64,000 bases of DNA from Synechococcus sp. (GCA_047285805.1 JBJBCN010000003.1:384001-448000), one strand, 5' to 3'. Shown: positions 1 through 11,054, counted from the stretch's first letter. Translations and numbers: made by a program. Notes: generated by a model not told the origin, from the sequence alone.

Positions 1-500
1 GGCTGGGCCCGCTGCAGGTGGGTGTAACCCGGGATCATCACCTCCGCGTGGGCATCGGCCTGGGCAAGCAGCGCCCGCTCGAAGCGGACTAAGGCGCCAT
101 CGATCGCGTCGATCTGCCCCCGTAGCCAGAGCCGCAAATCCGTGCACACCTGGTCATTGCGGGAGCGCCCGGTATGGAGCTTTTTGCCCAAGGGCCCCAG
201 GATCGCGATCAGCCTTCGCTCCACAGCGAAGTGCACGTCCTCGTCTTCGAGACCAGGGTTGAACTGACCCTCGGCGGCCTCTGCTCGTACCTGCTCCAGG
301 CCACCCACCAGCTGCTCAGCCTCCTCGGCCGTGATCACCCCGGTGCTGCCCAACATCCGGGCATGAGCAATTGATCCATCCAGGTCCTGCTGCAGCAGGG
401 TGATGTCAAAACCGATCGAGGCGTTGAAACGCTCAATCGCGGGATGCAGACCCTGCTCAAAGCGCTGACTCCAGGTGGAGGAAGAGGAATCAACGGCCAT
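1..500 (-). CDS. argH: argininosuccinate lyase, N-terminal part (runs off window start)
   Basis: Manual minus-strand translation from ATG at 500: [31 protein letters not shown]...[13 protein letters not shown]...[12 protein letters not shown], the ArgH signature motifs. Confidence 0.95.
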   Translation of the reverse strand, partial: MAVDSSSSTWSQRFEQGLHPAIERFNASIGFDITLLQQDLDGSIAHARMLGSTGVITAEEAEQLVGGLEQVRAEAAEGQFNPGLEDEDVHFAVERRLIAILGPLGKKLHTGRSRNDQVCTDLRLWLRGQIDAIDGALVRFERALLAQADAHAEVMIPGYTHLQRAQ

Positions 501-524
501 CGGGCCCGGTATCGCTGTTAAATC

Positions 525-1925
525 TCAGCTTGACAGGCGACTACTCAAGCTCGGCAGGGTCACTTCCTCGCGCACCTTCAAGACCACCATCGAGGCGTCG
601 TCATCGAGGGGGCGATCAGGCCCAACGAAGCGATCGAGACGAGCAAACAACTGATCCAAAATCCCCTGGGCAGAGCCCCCAGAACGGCAGGCCGTTTGCA
701 GGGCCTGAACCAGACGCTCTTCGTCAAAGCGCTCGCCGTTGAGCCCAGAAGCTTCCGTGACGCCGTCGGTGTAACAGAGCAGGACATCGCCCGGCTCCAG
801 CACAATCTGCTCGCAGCCGTACTGGGCTTCGCTCTGCAGGCCTATCAGCAGCCCCGGGGCATCCAGGCGCTCCACCGCATGGCGAATCCGACGCCAAATC
901 AGGGGCGGGTTGTGGGCCGCGTTGGCGTAACGCAGCAGGCGTGTACGGGGGTCGAAGTCGGAATAGAAAAGCGTGACAAAGCGATGGGACTGGGCCAGAT
1001 CTTCCTGAGCCAATTGGTTGAGGTCATGGAGGATCTGATCGGGGGGCAAGCCGCTCGACACCTCTGCCCGGAGCATGCCCCTCAGCAGAGTCATCAGCAG
1101 ACCCGCCGGGACCCCCTTGCCCATCACATCGCCAATCACCAGGGCCCAACGCCCCTGCTCCCGTTGGCGGCCAATCAACTGTGGCCGGGTCGGGATAAAA
1201 TCGAAATAATCCCCGCCCACTTCAAAAGCAGGGCGACAGCGCGCGGCCAATTCGACCCCCTCGATTACGGGGCAGTGATCCGGCAGCAACTGGGCCTGGA
1301 TTTCACCGCCGGTCGAGAGCTGGCGATCGAGGCGCTCATGGCGCCGGGCCTCCTGCAGCAACTGATCGCCTTCCACCGCTACGCCGGCCAGGTCCGCCAC
1401 CAATTGGACGTGGCGACGGTGACTCTCGCTCCAACTCAGGCCCTTCTTGGAGCCAAACACGTACAAGCGGCCACGGACGCGGCTGCGGGCTGACAGGGAG
1501 GTGGCGACCAAGGGCCGATCCGCTAGATGCCGGCGCACCAGCCCATCCAGCAGCTGGGCCGCCGCCGCCTCTCCTGAGGCCTGCTGCAGCGCCTCATCCG
1601 AGAGTGTTGCTAATTGGCGCAGCAATTCGGGGTGACTGCCATGGAGCTGCTCCCGCCAAAGACGCCCATCGGGGTGGAAGACCACCAGCGCCGCCCCTTC
1701 GGCCTCGATGAGGCGGGTGGCCAACAGGGGCACCAACTCCAGAAAACGCTCGAGGTTGGTGAAGCTGCGCAGTGCAAACGCCAGCGAAGCCAACAACTCC
1801 TGGTTGCGGCGCTGCTCCTTCCCCAGGCTGTCGAGCAGTTGGCGCAGCGAGGCAACGGCGGATGACGGCTTCAGAGAGCCCACTCCACCGGGATGCGAAT
1901 GATGGGCAGGCGGCGAGGTGCTCAC
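525..1925 (-). CDS. GAF + PP2C/SpoIIE (RsbU-like) serine phosphatase
   Basis: VGGDYFD, GDVMGKG, YTDGVTEA and DDDAS motifs. The ORF track's 2099 start overlaps ftsY, so GTG at 1925 is preferred. Confidence 0.9.
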   Translation of the reverse strand: MSTSPPAHHSHPGGVGSLKPSSAVASLRQLLDSLGKEQRRNQELLASLAFALRSFTNLERFLELVPLLATRLIEAEGAALVVFHPDGRLWREQLHGSHPELLRQLATLSDEALQQASGEAAAAQLLDGLVRRHLADRPLVATSLSARSRVRGRLYVFGSKKGLSWSESHRRHVQLVADLAGVAVEGDQLLQEARRHERLDRQLSTGGEIQAQLLPDHCPVIEGVELAARCRPAFEVGGDYFDFIPTRPQLIGRQREQGRWALVIGDVMGKGVPAGLLMTLLRGMLRAEVSSGLPPDQILHDLNQLAQEDLAQSHRFVTLFYSDFDPRTRLLRYANAAHNPPLIWRRIRHAVERLDAPGLLIGLQSEAQYGCEQIVLEPGDVLLCYTDGVTEASGLNGERFDEERLVQALQTACRSGGSAQGILDQLFARLDRFVGPDRPLDDDASMVVLKVREEVTLPSLSSRLSS

Positions 1926-1956
1926 GTGCGCGCAAGATAGCCGCGAATTTTTTGGC

Positions 1957-3447
1957 TTACTTGGCGAGGAGTGCTTCGACGAACTCGAAGCTATTGAAGG
2001 GCCGCAGGTCGCGAATCCCTTCGCCCGCACCGATGAAGCGAATCGGCAGCCCGGCTTCCGAAGAAACCGCCAGGGCAACGCCACCGCGAGAGCTGCCATC
2101 TAGCTTCGTCAGGACCACGCCCGTCAGACCAGCGGCCTGGGCAAAGGCCATGGCCTGCTTCAGGCCGTTCTGCCCCTGGCTGGCGTCCAGCACCAAGAGC
2201 GACTGGACCTCAGCATCCGGAGCTAGCTTGTCAACGATGCGGCGCACCTTGGAGAGCTCCTCCATCAGGTTGTGCTTGGTCTGCAGGCGCCCAGCAGTGT
2301 CCACCAGAACCAAGTCAGTGCCCTTGGCCTGGGCCGCACCGATCGCGTCGTAGACCACGGCAGCGGGGTCCGCATTGGCGGAGGGGTTCGAGACCACGGT
2401 GACGCCGCTGCGTTCACCCCAAACCTGAACTTGTTGCACCGCCGCGGCCCGGAATGTATCCGCTGCAGCGATCAGACAGCTATAGCCGCTTCGAATCGCC
2501 AGGTTGGCCAGCTTGCCGAGGGTCGTGGTTTTACCCACGCCGTTCACACCGACCATCAGCCAAACGTTCAGGCGACCGCGCTCTGGAGCTAGCAACGCGG
2601 TGCCGCTGGCCTGGATGGGCTGATCGAGCAGACCCTTCAGCTGGTCTTTGAGGAAACGAATCCCCTCTTCGGGCTCGACGACTTCCTCGTTGAGGCGCTT
2701 GCGCAGGGCCTCCAGGACTTGGTCGGTGGCCTGAACCCCGACATCCGCCCGAAGCAACAACGATTCAAGGTCATCGAGGACCTCAGGGGTCAGCGGGTCA
2801 TCGCCGAGGGTGTCGAGCAGCTGCGTGACGAAGCCCTGGCGGGTCTTCTCCATGCCCCGGCGCAGCCGCCCGAGCCAATCGATTTCCTCCAAGGAAATGT
2901 CGGAGAGTTGGCGGCCTTGGGCGGCCAACACCTCTGCCGACCAGGTGAAGTCCTCGTCGAATTCGCCCAGGCTCGGGGTTCCTTCATCCGGCGCCGCTGT
3001 AGTCGGTTCAACGGGAGCGTCCGGGGTCTCGATGGCCCGGTCGAGCTGCTCCTGTTGGCGCTGGGCCCGCTGGGCTGCGGCCTGCTCCAGCAAGGACAAG
3101 CCAGTCGCCGGTTCGGGGATCTGAACGGGTTGTACGGGATCCGATGCCGAGGTGGTCTCAGGCTCTGGGGTTGGCTCCGCTGGGGGAGCTGGCTCAGGTT
3201 GTGGCTCAGCAGCCGCGGCCGCTTCCTGCTTTTGCGCTTCCTGCTGGGCCTTAAGGCGGGCGTAGGCCTGGCGCGCCCAATCGAGAGCATCCTGATCGAT
3301 ATCCGAGGATTCTTGAACGGGCTCCGCAGCTGCAGGAGTGGGGGCTACCGGGGGCTCTTCTTGGGCATGGGAATCAGTGGCCTGTTCCGGCAGGGGATCC
3401 TGGGGGTTCTGAGGGGCCGCGCTGCGATTGAACCAGTCGTAAACCAT
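1957..3447 (-). CDS. ftsY: SRP receptor FtsY
   Basis: GVNGVGKTTT, DTFRAAA, DTAGR and TKLDG motifs; acidic Pro/Ala-rich N-terminus. Confidence 0.97.
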   Translation of the reverse strand: MVYDWFNRSAAPQNPQDPLPEQATDSHAQEEPPVAPTPAAAEPVQESSDIDQDALDWARQAYARLKAQQEAQKQEAAAAAEPQPEPAPPAEPTPEPETTSASDPVQPVQIPEPATGLSLLEQAAAQRAQRQQEQLDRAIETPDAPVEPTTAAPDEGTPSLGEFDEDFTWSAEVLAAQGRQLSDISLEEIDWLGRLRRGMEKTRQGFVTQLLDTLGDDPLTPEVLDDLESLLLRADVGVQATDQVLEALRKRLNEEVVEPEEGIRFLKDQLKGLLDQPIQASGTALLAPERGRLNVWLMVGVNGVGKTTTLGKLANLAIRSGYSCLIAAADTFRAAAVQQVQVWGERSGVTVVSNPSANADPAAVVYDAIGAAQAKGTDLVLVDTAGRLQTKHNLMEELSKVRRIVDKLAPDAEVQSLLVLDASQGQNGLKQAMAFAQAAGLTGVVLTKLDGSSRGGVALAVSSEAGLPIRFIGAGEGIRDLRPFNSFEFVEALLAK

Positions 3448-3455
3448 GCCGTCTC

Positions 3456-4082
3456 TCAGCTCTTGGCGGGGGCGTTGGTGAAACGACGCAGCACGCCGTT
3501 GATCATGCGGCGGCCCTGCTCATCGCTGTAGCAGTTGGCCAGCTCAACAGCCTCATTGCAGGCCACCGGAGGGGGAGTATTGAACTGCTCGATGTCCACT
3601 GCTGCAAGACGCAGAATGTCCCGGTCGATCCGAGGGAGCCTGGTCAGGCGCCAACCCTCCATCACCGCATCCAAGCGCTGATCCAAATCGGCACGACCCG
3701 ACAGGACTGCACGGGCCCGATCGATGGCTCCGCGGCGGATCTCCTCTTGATCGGAGAGCATCAACAGACGGGGCAGCTCCAGGCTTGCGGACAGGCGGTT
3801 CAAACCATTCTCAGCGTGCTCGAGGCCGTCCTGCAGGTGCTGGCGAATGCGGGGCAACTGGCCGACAGCGCCCTGGTCCTGCAGTTCGCTGTCCAAGAGC
3901 TGCTGTTGGGCGGCCTGCAGTTCAGTCGCGGCCTGATCAAGGGCCTCCCGCACGTGTTGGCTTAGGGAAGCCAGGGCCTGCTGCAGCAGGGTGTCGAGGG
4001 AGGTGTCTGCGTTGGGTTGACGGTCACTGACCTGCCCCAGCATCAGCAGGGCCAGTTCGCGGGCTACGGAGCGGCTCTGCAT
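3456..4082 (-). CDS. nusB: transcription antitermination factor NusB
   Basis: RSVARELAL start; WRLTRLPRIDRDILRL and NEAVELA...INGVL motifs. Confidence 0.95.
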   Translation of the reverse strand: MQSRSVARELALLMLGQVSDRQPNADTSLDTLLQQALASLSQHVREALDQAATELQAAQQQLLDSELQDQGAVGQLPRIRQHLQDGLEHAENGLNRLSASLELPRLLMLSDQEEIRRGAIDRARAVLSGRADLDQRLDAVMEGWRLTRLPRIDRDILRLAAVDIEQFNTPPPVACNEAVELANCYSDEQGRRMINGVLRRFTNAPAKS

Positions 4083-4831
4083 CAGGCCTTGTTGGAGGGA
4101 AGTGGGGAGTAGGCGGGGGCCCGCAGCTGGGCGAGAAGGCTGGAAAAGCTTCGGCTGGCCGGGGTCTCTCGCTCATCGGGATTGACGATGCCCGCCGAGA
4201 TGATCGTGCGGAACGCATCTTCCACGGAGAGATCCAGATCCTGAACCGAGGACTCCGGAACCACCGCATACCAACCGGTGGTGGGGTTCGGGGCCGTCGG
4301 GATAAAGACGCTCAGCATCGGCTTTTCAAAGCCAGCCGACAGGGTCGCCCCCAGGACACCAGTGACAAAGCCCAAGGCGTAGAGCCCCTCACGGGGATAT
4401 TCCACCAGGACCACGCGGCGGAAACGGCTGGAGTTATCCCGTAGGAACGTCTCCAGCAATTGCTTGAGGGTCTTGTAGACCGACCCAGCCACGGGAATCC
4501 GCTGCAGGGTGCCCTCACCAAACTCCAACAACCAGCGGCCAACGATGTTACGAGCCATCAGACCGATCAACAGGATCCCGAGTAGCGGAACCAGCAGACC
4601 CAAGCCCAGGTTGATCAACTCCTGAAGAACCGGGTTCAGGGTGTTGAACGGGTTGAGCTGCTTAGGAATCGACGTCAGGAACGCCAGAACGAAACGGCTC
4701 ACCGTCGTGGCGAGCCAGATGGTGGTAGCGAGGGGAATCACCACCAACAGACCTGCAATCAGGTCGTTCTTGAGGTCCTGCTGGAGGCGATCGCCCAGCG
4801 GTTGCTCAGGTCTGGGGCTGGATTGCACCAC
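4082..4831 (-). CDS. DUF502 family membrane protein
   Basis: IAGLLVVIPL TM start; VVLVEYPR and VFIPTAPNPTTG motifs; usual position upstream of nusB. Confidence 0.85.
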   Translation of the reverse strand: MVQSSPRPEQPLGDRLQQDLKNDLIAGLLVVIPLATTIWLATTVSRFVLAFLTSIPKQLNPFNTLNPVLQELINLGLGLLVPLLGILLIGLMARNIVGRWLLEFGEGTLQRIPVAGSVYKTLKQLLETFLRDNSSRFRRVVLVEYPREGLYALGFVTGVLGATLSAGFEKPMLSVFIPTAPNPTTGWYAVVPESSVQDLDLSVEDAFRTIISAGIVNPDERETPASRSFSSLLAQLRAPAYSPLPSNKA

Positions 4832-4899
4832 TGAATTGCGTCGCTCGACTGGCCGGAATTCCGGTCACAAAGGGCCAGCCTGCAACTTAGCCAGTCGCC

Positions 4900-5550
4900 C
4901 TACATAACAGCCGCCAGAGCGAGCAGCGCAAAGGCGATCACGAGGACCACGGCGGTGCCCGTACCACCAATCCGGCGCTGGTTCAGCGCCAGGTCGCGGC
5001 GGGTCTCAGCCTGTTTGATCTGGTTTGCGGCCTGCTGCAACTGGCTTTCCATGAAGGCGCGGGCCGCATTCTTTTTCTCCTCATCGCTTGCCGCCTCGAG
5101 GATTTGACCGTTCTGCACCCCCTGGTCGATCACCTGCTCCAGCACCTTGGGGTTATCGAGCTGGGCCTTGGCGAGCTCCAGCTGACGACGCTGGGTTTGC
5201 AGGGACTGGTTGGTCTGATCGCTCAGGCTCTGGTCACCACTGATGGTGGCGGGAACCGTGAACAACAGGGTCAACGCCAGAACACCGCTGATGACGCAAA
5301 CCGTCCAACGCAGGGGGGTCGGACCAGACTGGGGATCCTCGAGACGCGCGCCGAGAAGCATCAAGAGCATGCCCACCAGGGCCATCGGCGACTGGGTGAT
5401 CAGGGTGGAGCTGAGCAGCTGGCGGAAGCTCTCCTCACCCCAACCGTTGACCGAGAGCACAGCCAAGAGCTGCAACGCCAGCAGCACCACCAGGGTGATC
5501 CCCAGCCAGCGCAACAGACTGGGGAAACGTCCTGCAACAACTGAACTCAC
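4900..5550 (-). CDS. HpsJ-family cyanobacterial membrane protein
   Basis: Three N-terminal TM helices, a coiled coil and a C-terminal TM; position between DUF502 and queG. GTG at 5550 avoids overlap with queG. Confidence 0.65.
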   Translation of the reverse strand: MSSVVAGRFPSLLRWLGITLVVLLALQLLAVLSVNGWGEESFRQLLSSTLITQSPMALVGMLLMLLGARLEDPQSGPTPLRWTVCVISGVLALTLLFTVPATISGDQSLSDQTNQSLQTQRRQLELAKAQLDNPKVLEQVIDQGVQNGQILEAASDEEKKNAARAFMESQLQQAANQIKQAETRRDLALNQRRIGGTGTAVVLVIAFALLALAAVM

Positions 5551-5567
5551 AGGGAGGGTCTTGGAAG

Positions 5568-6536
5568 TTGGGCAAGCGTAGGGGCGATCAACCCAAGCCA
5601 CAGCCCGTTCCGGCTGAGGATCTGGCCAGAGCACTCAAGGCCCAGGCTTTGGAGTTGGGCTTCAGCCTCGTGGGGATTGCCTCAGCTGGGGGCAGTGAGC
5701 GACTACGCCTGCGAACCGCCGCACTACAGCGCTGGCTCAAGGCGGACCATCACGGGGAGATGGCCTGGATGCAGGACCCCAGACGCCAAACGATTGAGGC
5801 ACTGTTGCCAGGGGTCCGCAGTGTTGTCGCTGTCGGCCTCAACTATTACGTCGATGCCCAGCCTGCGCCCGGCAGCTTGAAGGTTGCTCGGTACGGCTGG
5901 GGCAGGGACTACCACCGAGTCATCGATGGGCGCTTGCGGGCCCTGGGACGTTGGCTTGAGAGCCAGCACCCGCAGGGGCGATGGCGCGCCTGCGTCGACA
6001 GCTCGCCACTCCTAGACAAAGCCTGGGCGGAGGAAGCCGGCCTGGGCTGGATCGGCAAACACAGCAACCTGATCAACCGCGACTGGGGGTCGTGGCTACT
6101 GATCGGGCACCTGCTCACCGACGTGGACCTTCCTGTGGACGAGCCCGCCACGCCCCACTGCGGAGCCTGCCGCGCCTGCTTAGACGCCTGCCCGACAGAC
6201 GCCATCCGCGAACCGTTTGTGGTCGATGCCCGCCGCTGCCTGACCTTTCACACGATCGAGAACCGCGCGGCGGAGCTACCGCCCGAAATCGCCAGCGGCT
6301 TGAACGGTTGGGTGGCCGGCTGCGACATCTGCCAGGACGTTTGCCCCTGGAACCAGGGGGAACTAGTCTCCAGCTGCGATCCCGATCTGCAGCCCCGTCC
6401 CTGGTGGCTGGACCTCCAAGGGCCTGATGCCCTCTGCTGGAGCGATGCGGACTGGGATGACAAATTGCGGGCCTCAGCCCTGCGGCGGATCAAACCCGCG
6501 ATGTGGAGGCGAAACATTGCAGCAGCCCTAGGCTGA
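5568..6536 (+). CDS. queG: epoxyqueuosine reductase
   Basis: ARYGWGRDYH, CGACRACLDACP and GCDICQDVCPWN Fe-S motifs. Confidence 0.95.
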   Translation: MGKRRGDQPKPQPVPAEDLARALKAQALELGFSLVGIASAGGSERLRLRTAALQRWLKADHHGEMAWMQDPRRQTIEALLPGVRSVVAVGLNYYVDAQPAPGSLKVARYGWGRDYHRVIDGRLRALGRWLESQHPQGRWRACVDSSPLLDKAWAEEAGLGWIGKHSNLINRDWGSWLLIGHLLTDVDLPVDEPATPHCGACRACLDACPTDAIREPFVVDARRCLTFHTIENRAAELPPEIASGLNGWVAGCDICQDVCPWNQGELVSSCDPDLQPRPWWLDLQGPDALCWSDADWDDKLRASALRRIKPAMWRRNIAAALG

Positions 6537-6557
6537 GCATTCGATCGCTCTGCATCG

Positions 6558-7445
6558 ATGGCTGCGCGCTGGTTGAAGGTTCTCGCCGCAGCGCCCATGA
6601 TGCTGGCCAGCCTCACTGGGGGCCCCGCCAAGGCTCTGGTGCCCTACGTGGTGCTGCCCAGCGAGCGCAACCTTGATGCTGGCGGCCTGGGCATTGCCCA
6701 AGCCGCCAGCCAACTTTTGAAGCTGGGTCAGGCCGAGGAAGCCGCCAGCCTGGCGGCCCTGACGGTTCAACTCATCCCGACAGATGCTCGGGGCTGGCTC
6801 CTGCTGGCGGAAGCTCAATTGCGCAGTGGCGAGGACACCAAAGCCTCTGCATCGCTCGAGCAGGCGCGCAACCTCGATCCCCGCAACGCTGGGATCCTTT
6901 TTGCCCAGGGCTCTCTTGCCCTGAAGGCCAACGAACCGGCCCACGCGATTGAGCTGATCCGCGAGGGGCAGCGCATCGACGACAAGAACGCCGGCTCATA
7001 CTTCGATCTCGGCAATGGCTACATCCTGCTAGGGGAATCAAAGGCCGCGCTATCGGCCTTTGAGCGAGCCTCAAAGCTGCGCAGCGATTTCTGGGAAGCG
7101 ATCAACAACCAATCCCTGGTGCTCTACGAGCAACGCAAGGACGCCGAAGCCATCCAACGCTGGCGATCCGTGTTGACGATTCGGCCCACGGCAGCCGAGC
7201 CGATGTTGGCTTTGGCAGCAGCGCTCAATGCACAGGACCCGGGCAATGGCGAAAGCCTGGACTTAGCCAAGCGGGCCCTGGCCGGCGATCCCAACTACGT
7301 CCTCAGCAGTTATCAGCAAGAGCAGCTCTGGGGCAGTCGCCTACGCCAAGCCACAAGCGTCCTGCTGGCGAACACCAACCTGAAGGGCGATGTGGAGCGA
7401 GCCCTGGCCAATGCGGATGCTGAGCCCGTTGAAGAACCTCGGTAG
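6558..7445 (+). CDS. tetratricopeptide repeat protein with signal peptide
   Basis: Repeated TPR-like helices (YFDLGNGY, WLLLAEAQ); AKA signal-peptide-like end. Confidence 0.85.
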   Translation: MAARWLKVLAAAPMMLASLTGGPAKALVPYVVLPSERNLDAGGLGIAQAASQLLKLGQAEEAASLAALTVQLIPTDARGWLLLAEAQLRSGEDTKASASLEQARNLDPRNAGILFAQGSLALKANEPAHAIELIREGQRIDDKNAGSYFDLGNGYILLGESKAALSAFERASKLRSDFWEAINNQSLVLYEQRKDAEAIQRWRSVLTIRPTAAEPMLALAAALNAQDPGNGESLDLAKRALAGDPNYVLSSYQQEQLWGSRLRQATSVLLANTNLKGDVERALANADAEPVEEPR

Positions 7446-7470
7446 GCTGGACCGCACTTTCTGACCTCGG

Positions 7471-9963
7471 ATGCCCAAGGCGCGCCCCGAACAGCCGCTG
7501 CCCGACCCATCCGACGAGCGTCGTATTCAGCCGATTGCGCTGCATCAGGAGATGCAGCGCTCGTACCTGGAATACGCCATGAGCGTGATCGTGGGACGGG
7601 CGTTGCCCGATGCCCGTGATGGCCTCAAACCTGTTCAGCGGCGCATCCTGTTTGCCATGCATGAGCTGGGGCTGACCCCAGATCGCCCCTACCGCAAATG
7701 CGCCCGCGTCGTCGGCGACGTGCTGGGCAAGTACCACCCCCACGGCGATCAGGCGGTCTACGACGCCCTGGTCCGACTGGTACAGACCTTCGCCAGCCGG
7801 AATCCACTGCTTGATGGCCACGGCAACTTCGGCTCGGTGGATGACGACCCACCGGCGGCCATGCGTTACACCGAAACGCGTCTAGCCCCGATCGCCAATG
7901 AGGCGATGCTCGATGAAATCGGAAGGGACACGGTCGATTTCGCGAACAACTTCGATGGCTCCCAGCAGGAGCCGACCGTGCTCCCGGCCCAGCTGCCCTT
8001 CCTGCTGCTGAACGGCTGCACCGGCATCGCCGTCGGGATGGCCACCAACATTCCTCCCCACAACCTGGGGGAGGTAGTGGATGCCCTGATCGCCCTGGTG
8101 CGCAACCCGGAACTCAGCGACGAGAAGCTCCTAGAACTCGTGCCAGGCCCGGACTTTCCCACAGGCGGTGAGGTGCTCACCGGCAGCGGCCTGAGGGACA
8201 CCTATCTCTGTGGCCGCGGAAGCATCCCGATGCGGGGGGTAGCGCACATTGAGGAAATTCAGCCCGGCAAGGGGCGCCACAAGCGCGGAGCGGTCGTGAT
8301 CACGGAGCTGCCCTATCAGCTGAGCAAAGCAGGCTGGATTGAAAAGCTGGCTGAGCAGGTCAACGACGGAAAGATCAATGGCATCGCCGACATCCGCGAC
8401 GAGTCAGATCGCGAAGGCATGCGGGTAGTGGTCGAGCTGCGCCGGGACGCCGAACCGGACAAAGTCCTCGCGGACCTGCAGCGGCGCACTGCGCTACAGA
8501 GCAATTACGGCGCGATCCTGCTGGCCCTCGTTCGCGGCAAGCCGATCCAACTGAGGCTACGCGAGCTCTTGCAGGAGTTCCTGGACTACAGAGAGCTGAC
8601 GATCATTCGGCGGACCAAACACGCCCTAAAGCGTGCGGAAGATCGCCTCGAAGTCGTCGAAGGCTTGATCACCGCCCTCAATGATCTGCAACGAGTGATC
8701 GACATGATCACAGCAGCGCGCGATGCCTCCAGTGCCAAGGCCAGCCTGCAGGTGCACCTCGACATCAATGAGCGCCAAGCCGATTCCGTGCTGGCGATGC
8801 CCCTACGCCGACTTACCGGGCTCGAGCAGGAAAGCCTGCGGAAGGAAGCGGACGATCTGCGTCAAGAACGAGCCCGCCTACAGCACCTGTTGGATGAACG
8901 GCCGGCGCTGCTGGAGACGATGGTGGCGGAATTCAAGGCGCTGCAGAAGCGCTTTGCCACTCCCAGGCGCACACGCCTCGTGGAAGGCGGCGATGAGCTG
9001 ATGGCCCAGCGGACCGCGGCACAACGGCCTAACACCGAACTTCTGCGGCAGCGCGCCTTCGAAGGTCTCCCAAGCGACGCTCGCTTGCTGATCCAGGCCG
9101 ATGGGCAGGTGAAGGTGGTGAGCCCCCAACTGCTGGGTCGGCTTCACCTAGATGAGCCGGCGCCTCTAGGCGACAACACCTCACCCGCCCGCCTGATAAT
9201 GCCGATAAGCAGCCGTCCTGCCCTGTTGGCCTTCACGGATGCTGGCCGTGTGGCCTTGCTGCGCTGGGAGTTTGCAGGTCAAAACCCTGGGACCCTTGAA
9301 AAGTTTCTGCCCGAAGGCATGAGTGGTGAGCGGATCGTGCAGCTGCTGCCCCTACCACAAGAAGCTGAGGGGAAAAGCATCGGCCTACTCAGCAGTGACG
9401 GTCGGTTCAAGCGCCTGCCCCTAGCTGACTTCCAAGATCTATCCGGTCGGGCAACTTCGGTGCTCAAGCTCAAGGAAGGGGTAAGCCTCAAGCGTGTAGT
9501 TCTATGTCGAGACGGGACGGATTTACTGGTTTATACAAATGCAGGCCGTTGTTTACGCCTACAGATGAACGACGAGAACTTGCCGGTAATGGGCCGCAAT
9601 GCGCAGGGTGTGTCGATTGTCCGGTTGCTACCCGGAGAAGAGGCAATTGGAGCGCAGTCAGTAGACAGAAACGGCTATGTATGGCTTGCGTCGCGTCACG
9701 GAAGGATCAGCAGAGTCGAGATGAAGGATTTACGACCTGTCAGCAGAGGTGGAATTGGAGAAGTTGCAGTGACTTTTAGCTCCAAAGATGATCGACTCGT
9801 AGAAGCCCTCAATCAAGACTCGAAGCTATTTGCATTAGTCATGAATAATGGTCAGACACAGCGCCTCTCTCAACCAGATGGCACTACCACTGAGGTCATT
9901 GATAAGAACGACACAGCCAATGAAGTAGCAGAAGTCATAGAATTAATCAGCAAGGAAAGTTGA
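7471..9963 (+). CDS. gyrA: type IIA topoisomerase subunit A (GyrA/ParC-like)
   Basis: [23 protein letters not shown] and catalytic AAMRYTE. No canonical QRRGGKG GyrA-box is visible, so it may be the ParC-like paralog. Confidence 0.9.
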   Translation: MPKARPEQPLPDPSDERRIQPIALHQEMQRSYLEYAMSVIVGRALPDARDGLKPVQRRILFAMHELGLTPDRPYRKCARVVGDVLGKYHPHGDQAVYDALVRLVQTFASRNPLLDGHGNFGSVDDDPPAAMRYTETRLAPIANEAMLDEIGRDTVDFANNFDGSQQEPTVLPAQLPFLLLNGCTGIAVGMATNIPPHNLGEVVDALIALVRNPELSDEKLLELVPGPDFPTGGEVLTGSGLRDTYLCGRGSIPMRGVAHIEEIQPGKGRHKRGAVVITELPYQLSKAGWIEKLAEQVNDGKINGIADIRDESDREGMRVVVELRRDAEPDKVLADLQRRTALQSNYGAILLALVRGKPIQLRLRELLQEFLDYRELTIIRRTKHALKRAEDRLEVVEGLITALNDLQRVIDMITAARDASSAKASLQVHLDINERQADSVLAMPLRRLTGLEQESLRKEADDLRQERARLQHLLDERPALLETMVAEFKALQKRFATPRRTRLVEGGDELMAQRTAAQRPNTELLRQRAFEGLPSDARLLIQADGQVKVVSPQLLGRLHLDEPAPLGDNTSPARLIMPISSRPALLAFTDAGRVALLRWEFAGQNPGTLEKFLPEGMSGERIVQLLPLPQEAEGKSIGLLSSDGRFKRLPLADFQDLSGRATSVLKLKEGVSLKRVVLCRDGTDLLVYTNAGRCLRLQMNDENLPVMGRNAQGVSIVRLLPGEEAIGAQSVDRNGYVWLASRHGRISRVEMKDLRPVSRGGIGEVAVTFSSKDDRLVEALNQDSKLFALVMNNGQTQRLSQPDGTTTEVIDKNDTANEVAEVIELISKES

Positions 9964-10004
9964 CTTGTGCATGATGCGGAGCCAAGCCAGAGAACGCAAA
10001 TGGC

Positions 10005-11054
10005 CTACACCTCCTGAGCAGTCTCGTAATCAGAATGCCTACCCACATCAAGCCACAACTCATGTAGAGGAAAGACATGCAGATTCATCTGTTGGTCAAG
10101 GCCACGAAGAAAAAGATCTGTCATGTCGCAAGAACATCCAGGCTTAAGTAGTGAAAGGAGACGTGGTGTGACAACATAGATTCCGGCATTAACCTGAGCC
10201 CTAACGATTGGCTTCTCTTCAAGACCTGTGAATTGGGTCCCAATGCTGCGAACCACACCAAACGGATTTTGCCACTCTTGCGGACGCACAGCCATTAGAG
10301 CATCCGCAGAGTCACGAATACACTGGTCAATGAGGTCTGCAAAGGAAACATCTGTAACTACGTCGCAGTTGACCACAAGAAGATGCTGGCTCAGGAGTGA
10401 AGGATTAAGGAGGGACAGAGAGCCCGCAGTACCAAGCGGTGATGACTCATGCAGGTAGGTGATGTGAGTACTAAAACGCGAACCGTCGCCGAAATGGTCG
10501 AGAATAATTTGTGATAGATAATTAACGGAAATGGCGATATTCTTAAAGCCTTCACAAGACAACTTCTCAATAAGATGTTCAAGCATGGGCTTACCCTTAA
10601 CTGGAAGCATGGGCTTAGGCATTTCGGCCGTAAGAGGCATAAGCCTCTGACCGCGACCACCAGCCATGATGACGACAGTTTCACTCCGCTCTGGCGGACT
10701 AAAAAGGTGCTCAGCGACGTGGAGGCCTACAAGTTGTCCTGCTGGATTCACAACAGGTAGGTGGAAGAAGTGATTAATACGCATAAGATTATGAGCCTCA
10801 GCCTCTCCCATACACGGGGAAACAACTATCGGAACTCGATTCATAACAGAATCAACTTTTTGCTCTAGAGAAAGACCGTTAAGCAATGCTTTTCTAATAT
10901 CACTATCCGCAATCATTCCAAGCAGCTTGCAAGAATCATCGACAACAAGAGCAAGCTGGTAACCAACATCGCTCATGACCCTCAGCGCGTCGGTGAGAGT
11001 GCTTCCAGATTGAACGGTTGTATTAACCCAGTCTTTGACAAGAGTGGTCTTCAT
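10005..11054 (-). CDS. CBS-domain sugar-phosphate nucleotidyltransferase (PtmE-like)
   Basis: Two N-terminal CBS domains, then MAGGRGQRLMPLT..PKPML, PLGTAG and WLDVG. Confidence 0.9.
   Translation of the reverse strand: MKTTLVKDWVNTTVQSGSTLTDALRVMSDVGYQLALVVDDSCKLLGMIADSDIRKALLNGLSLEQKVDSVMNRVPIVVSPCMGEAEAHNLMRINHFFHLPVVNPAGQLVGLHVAEHLFSPPERSETVVIMAGGRGQRLMPLTAEMPKPMLPVKGKPMLEHLIEKLSCEGFKNIAISVNYLSQIILDHFGDGSRFSTHITYLHESSPLGTAGSLSLLNPSLLSQHLLVVNCDVVTDVSFADLIDQCIRDSADALMAVRPQEWQNPFGVVRSIGTQFTGLEEKPIVRAQVNAGIYVVTPRLLSLLKPGCSCDMTDLFLRGLDQQMNLHVFPLHELWLDVGRHSDYETAQEV

Noticed and set aside
3100..3420. Pro/Glu/Ala repeats in the ftsY N-terminus
   Set aside because: This is the ordinary low-complexity acidic domain of FtsY, not a DNA repeat array
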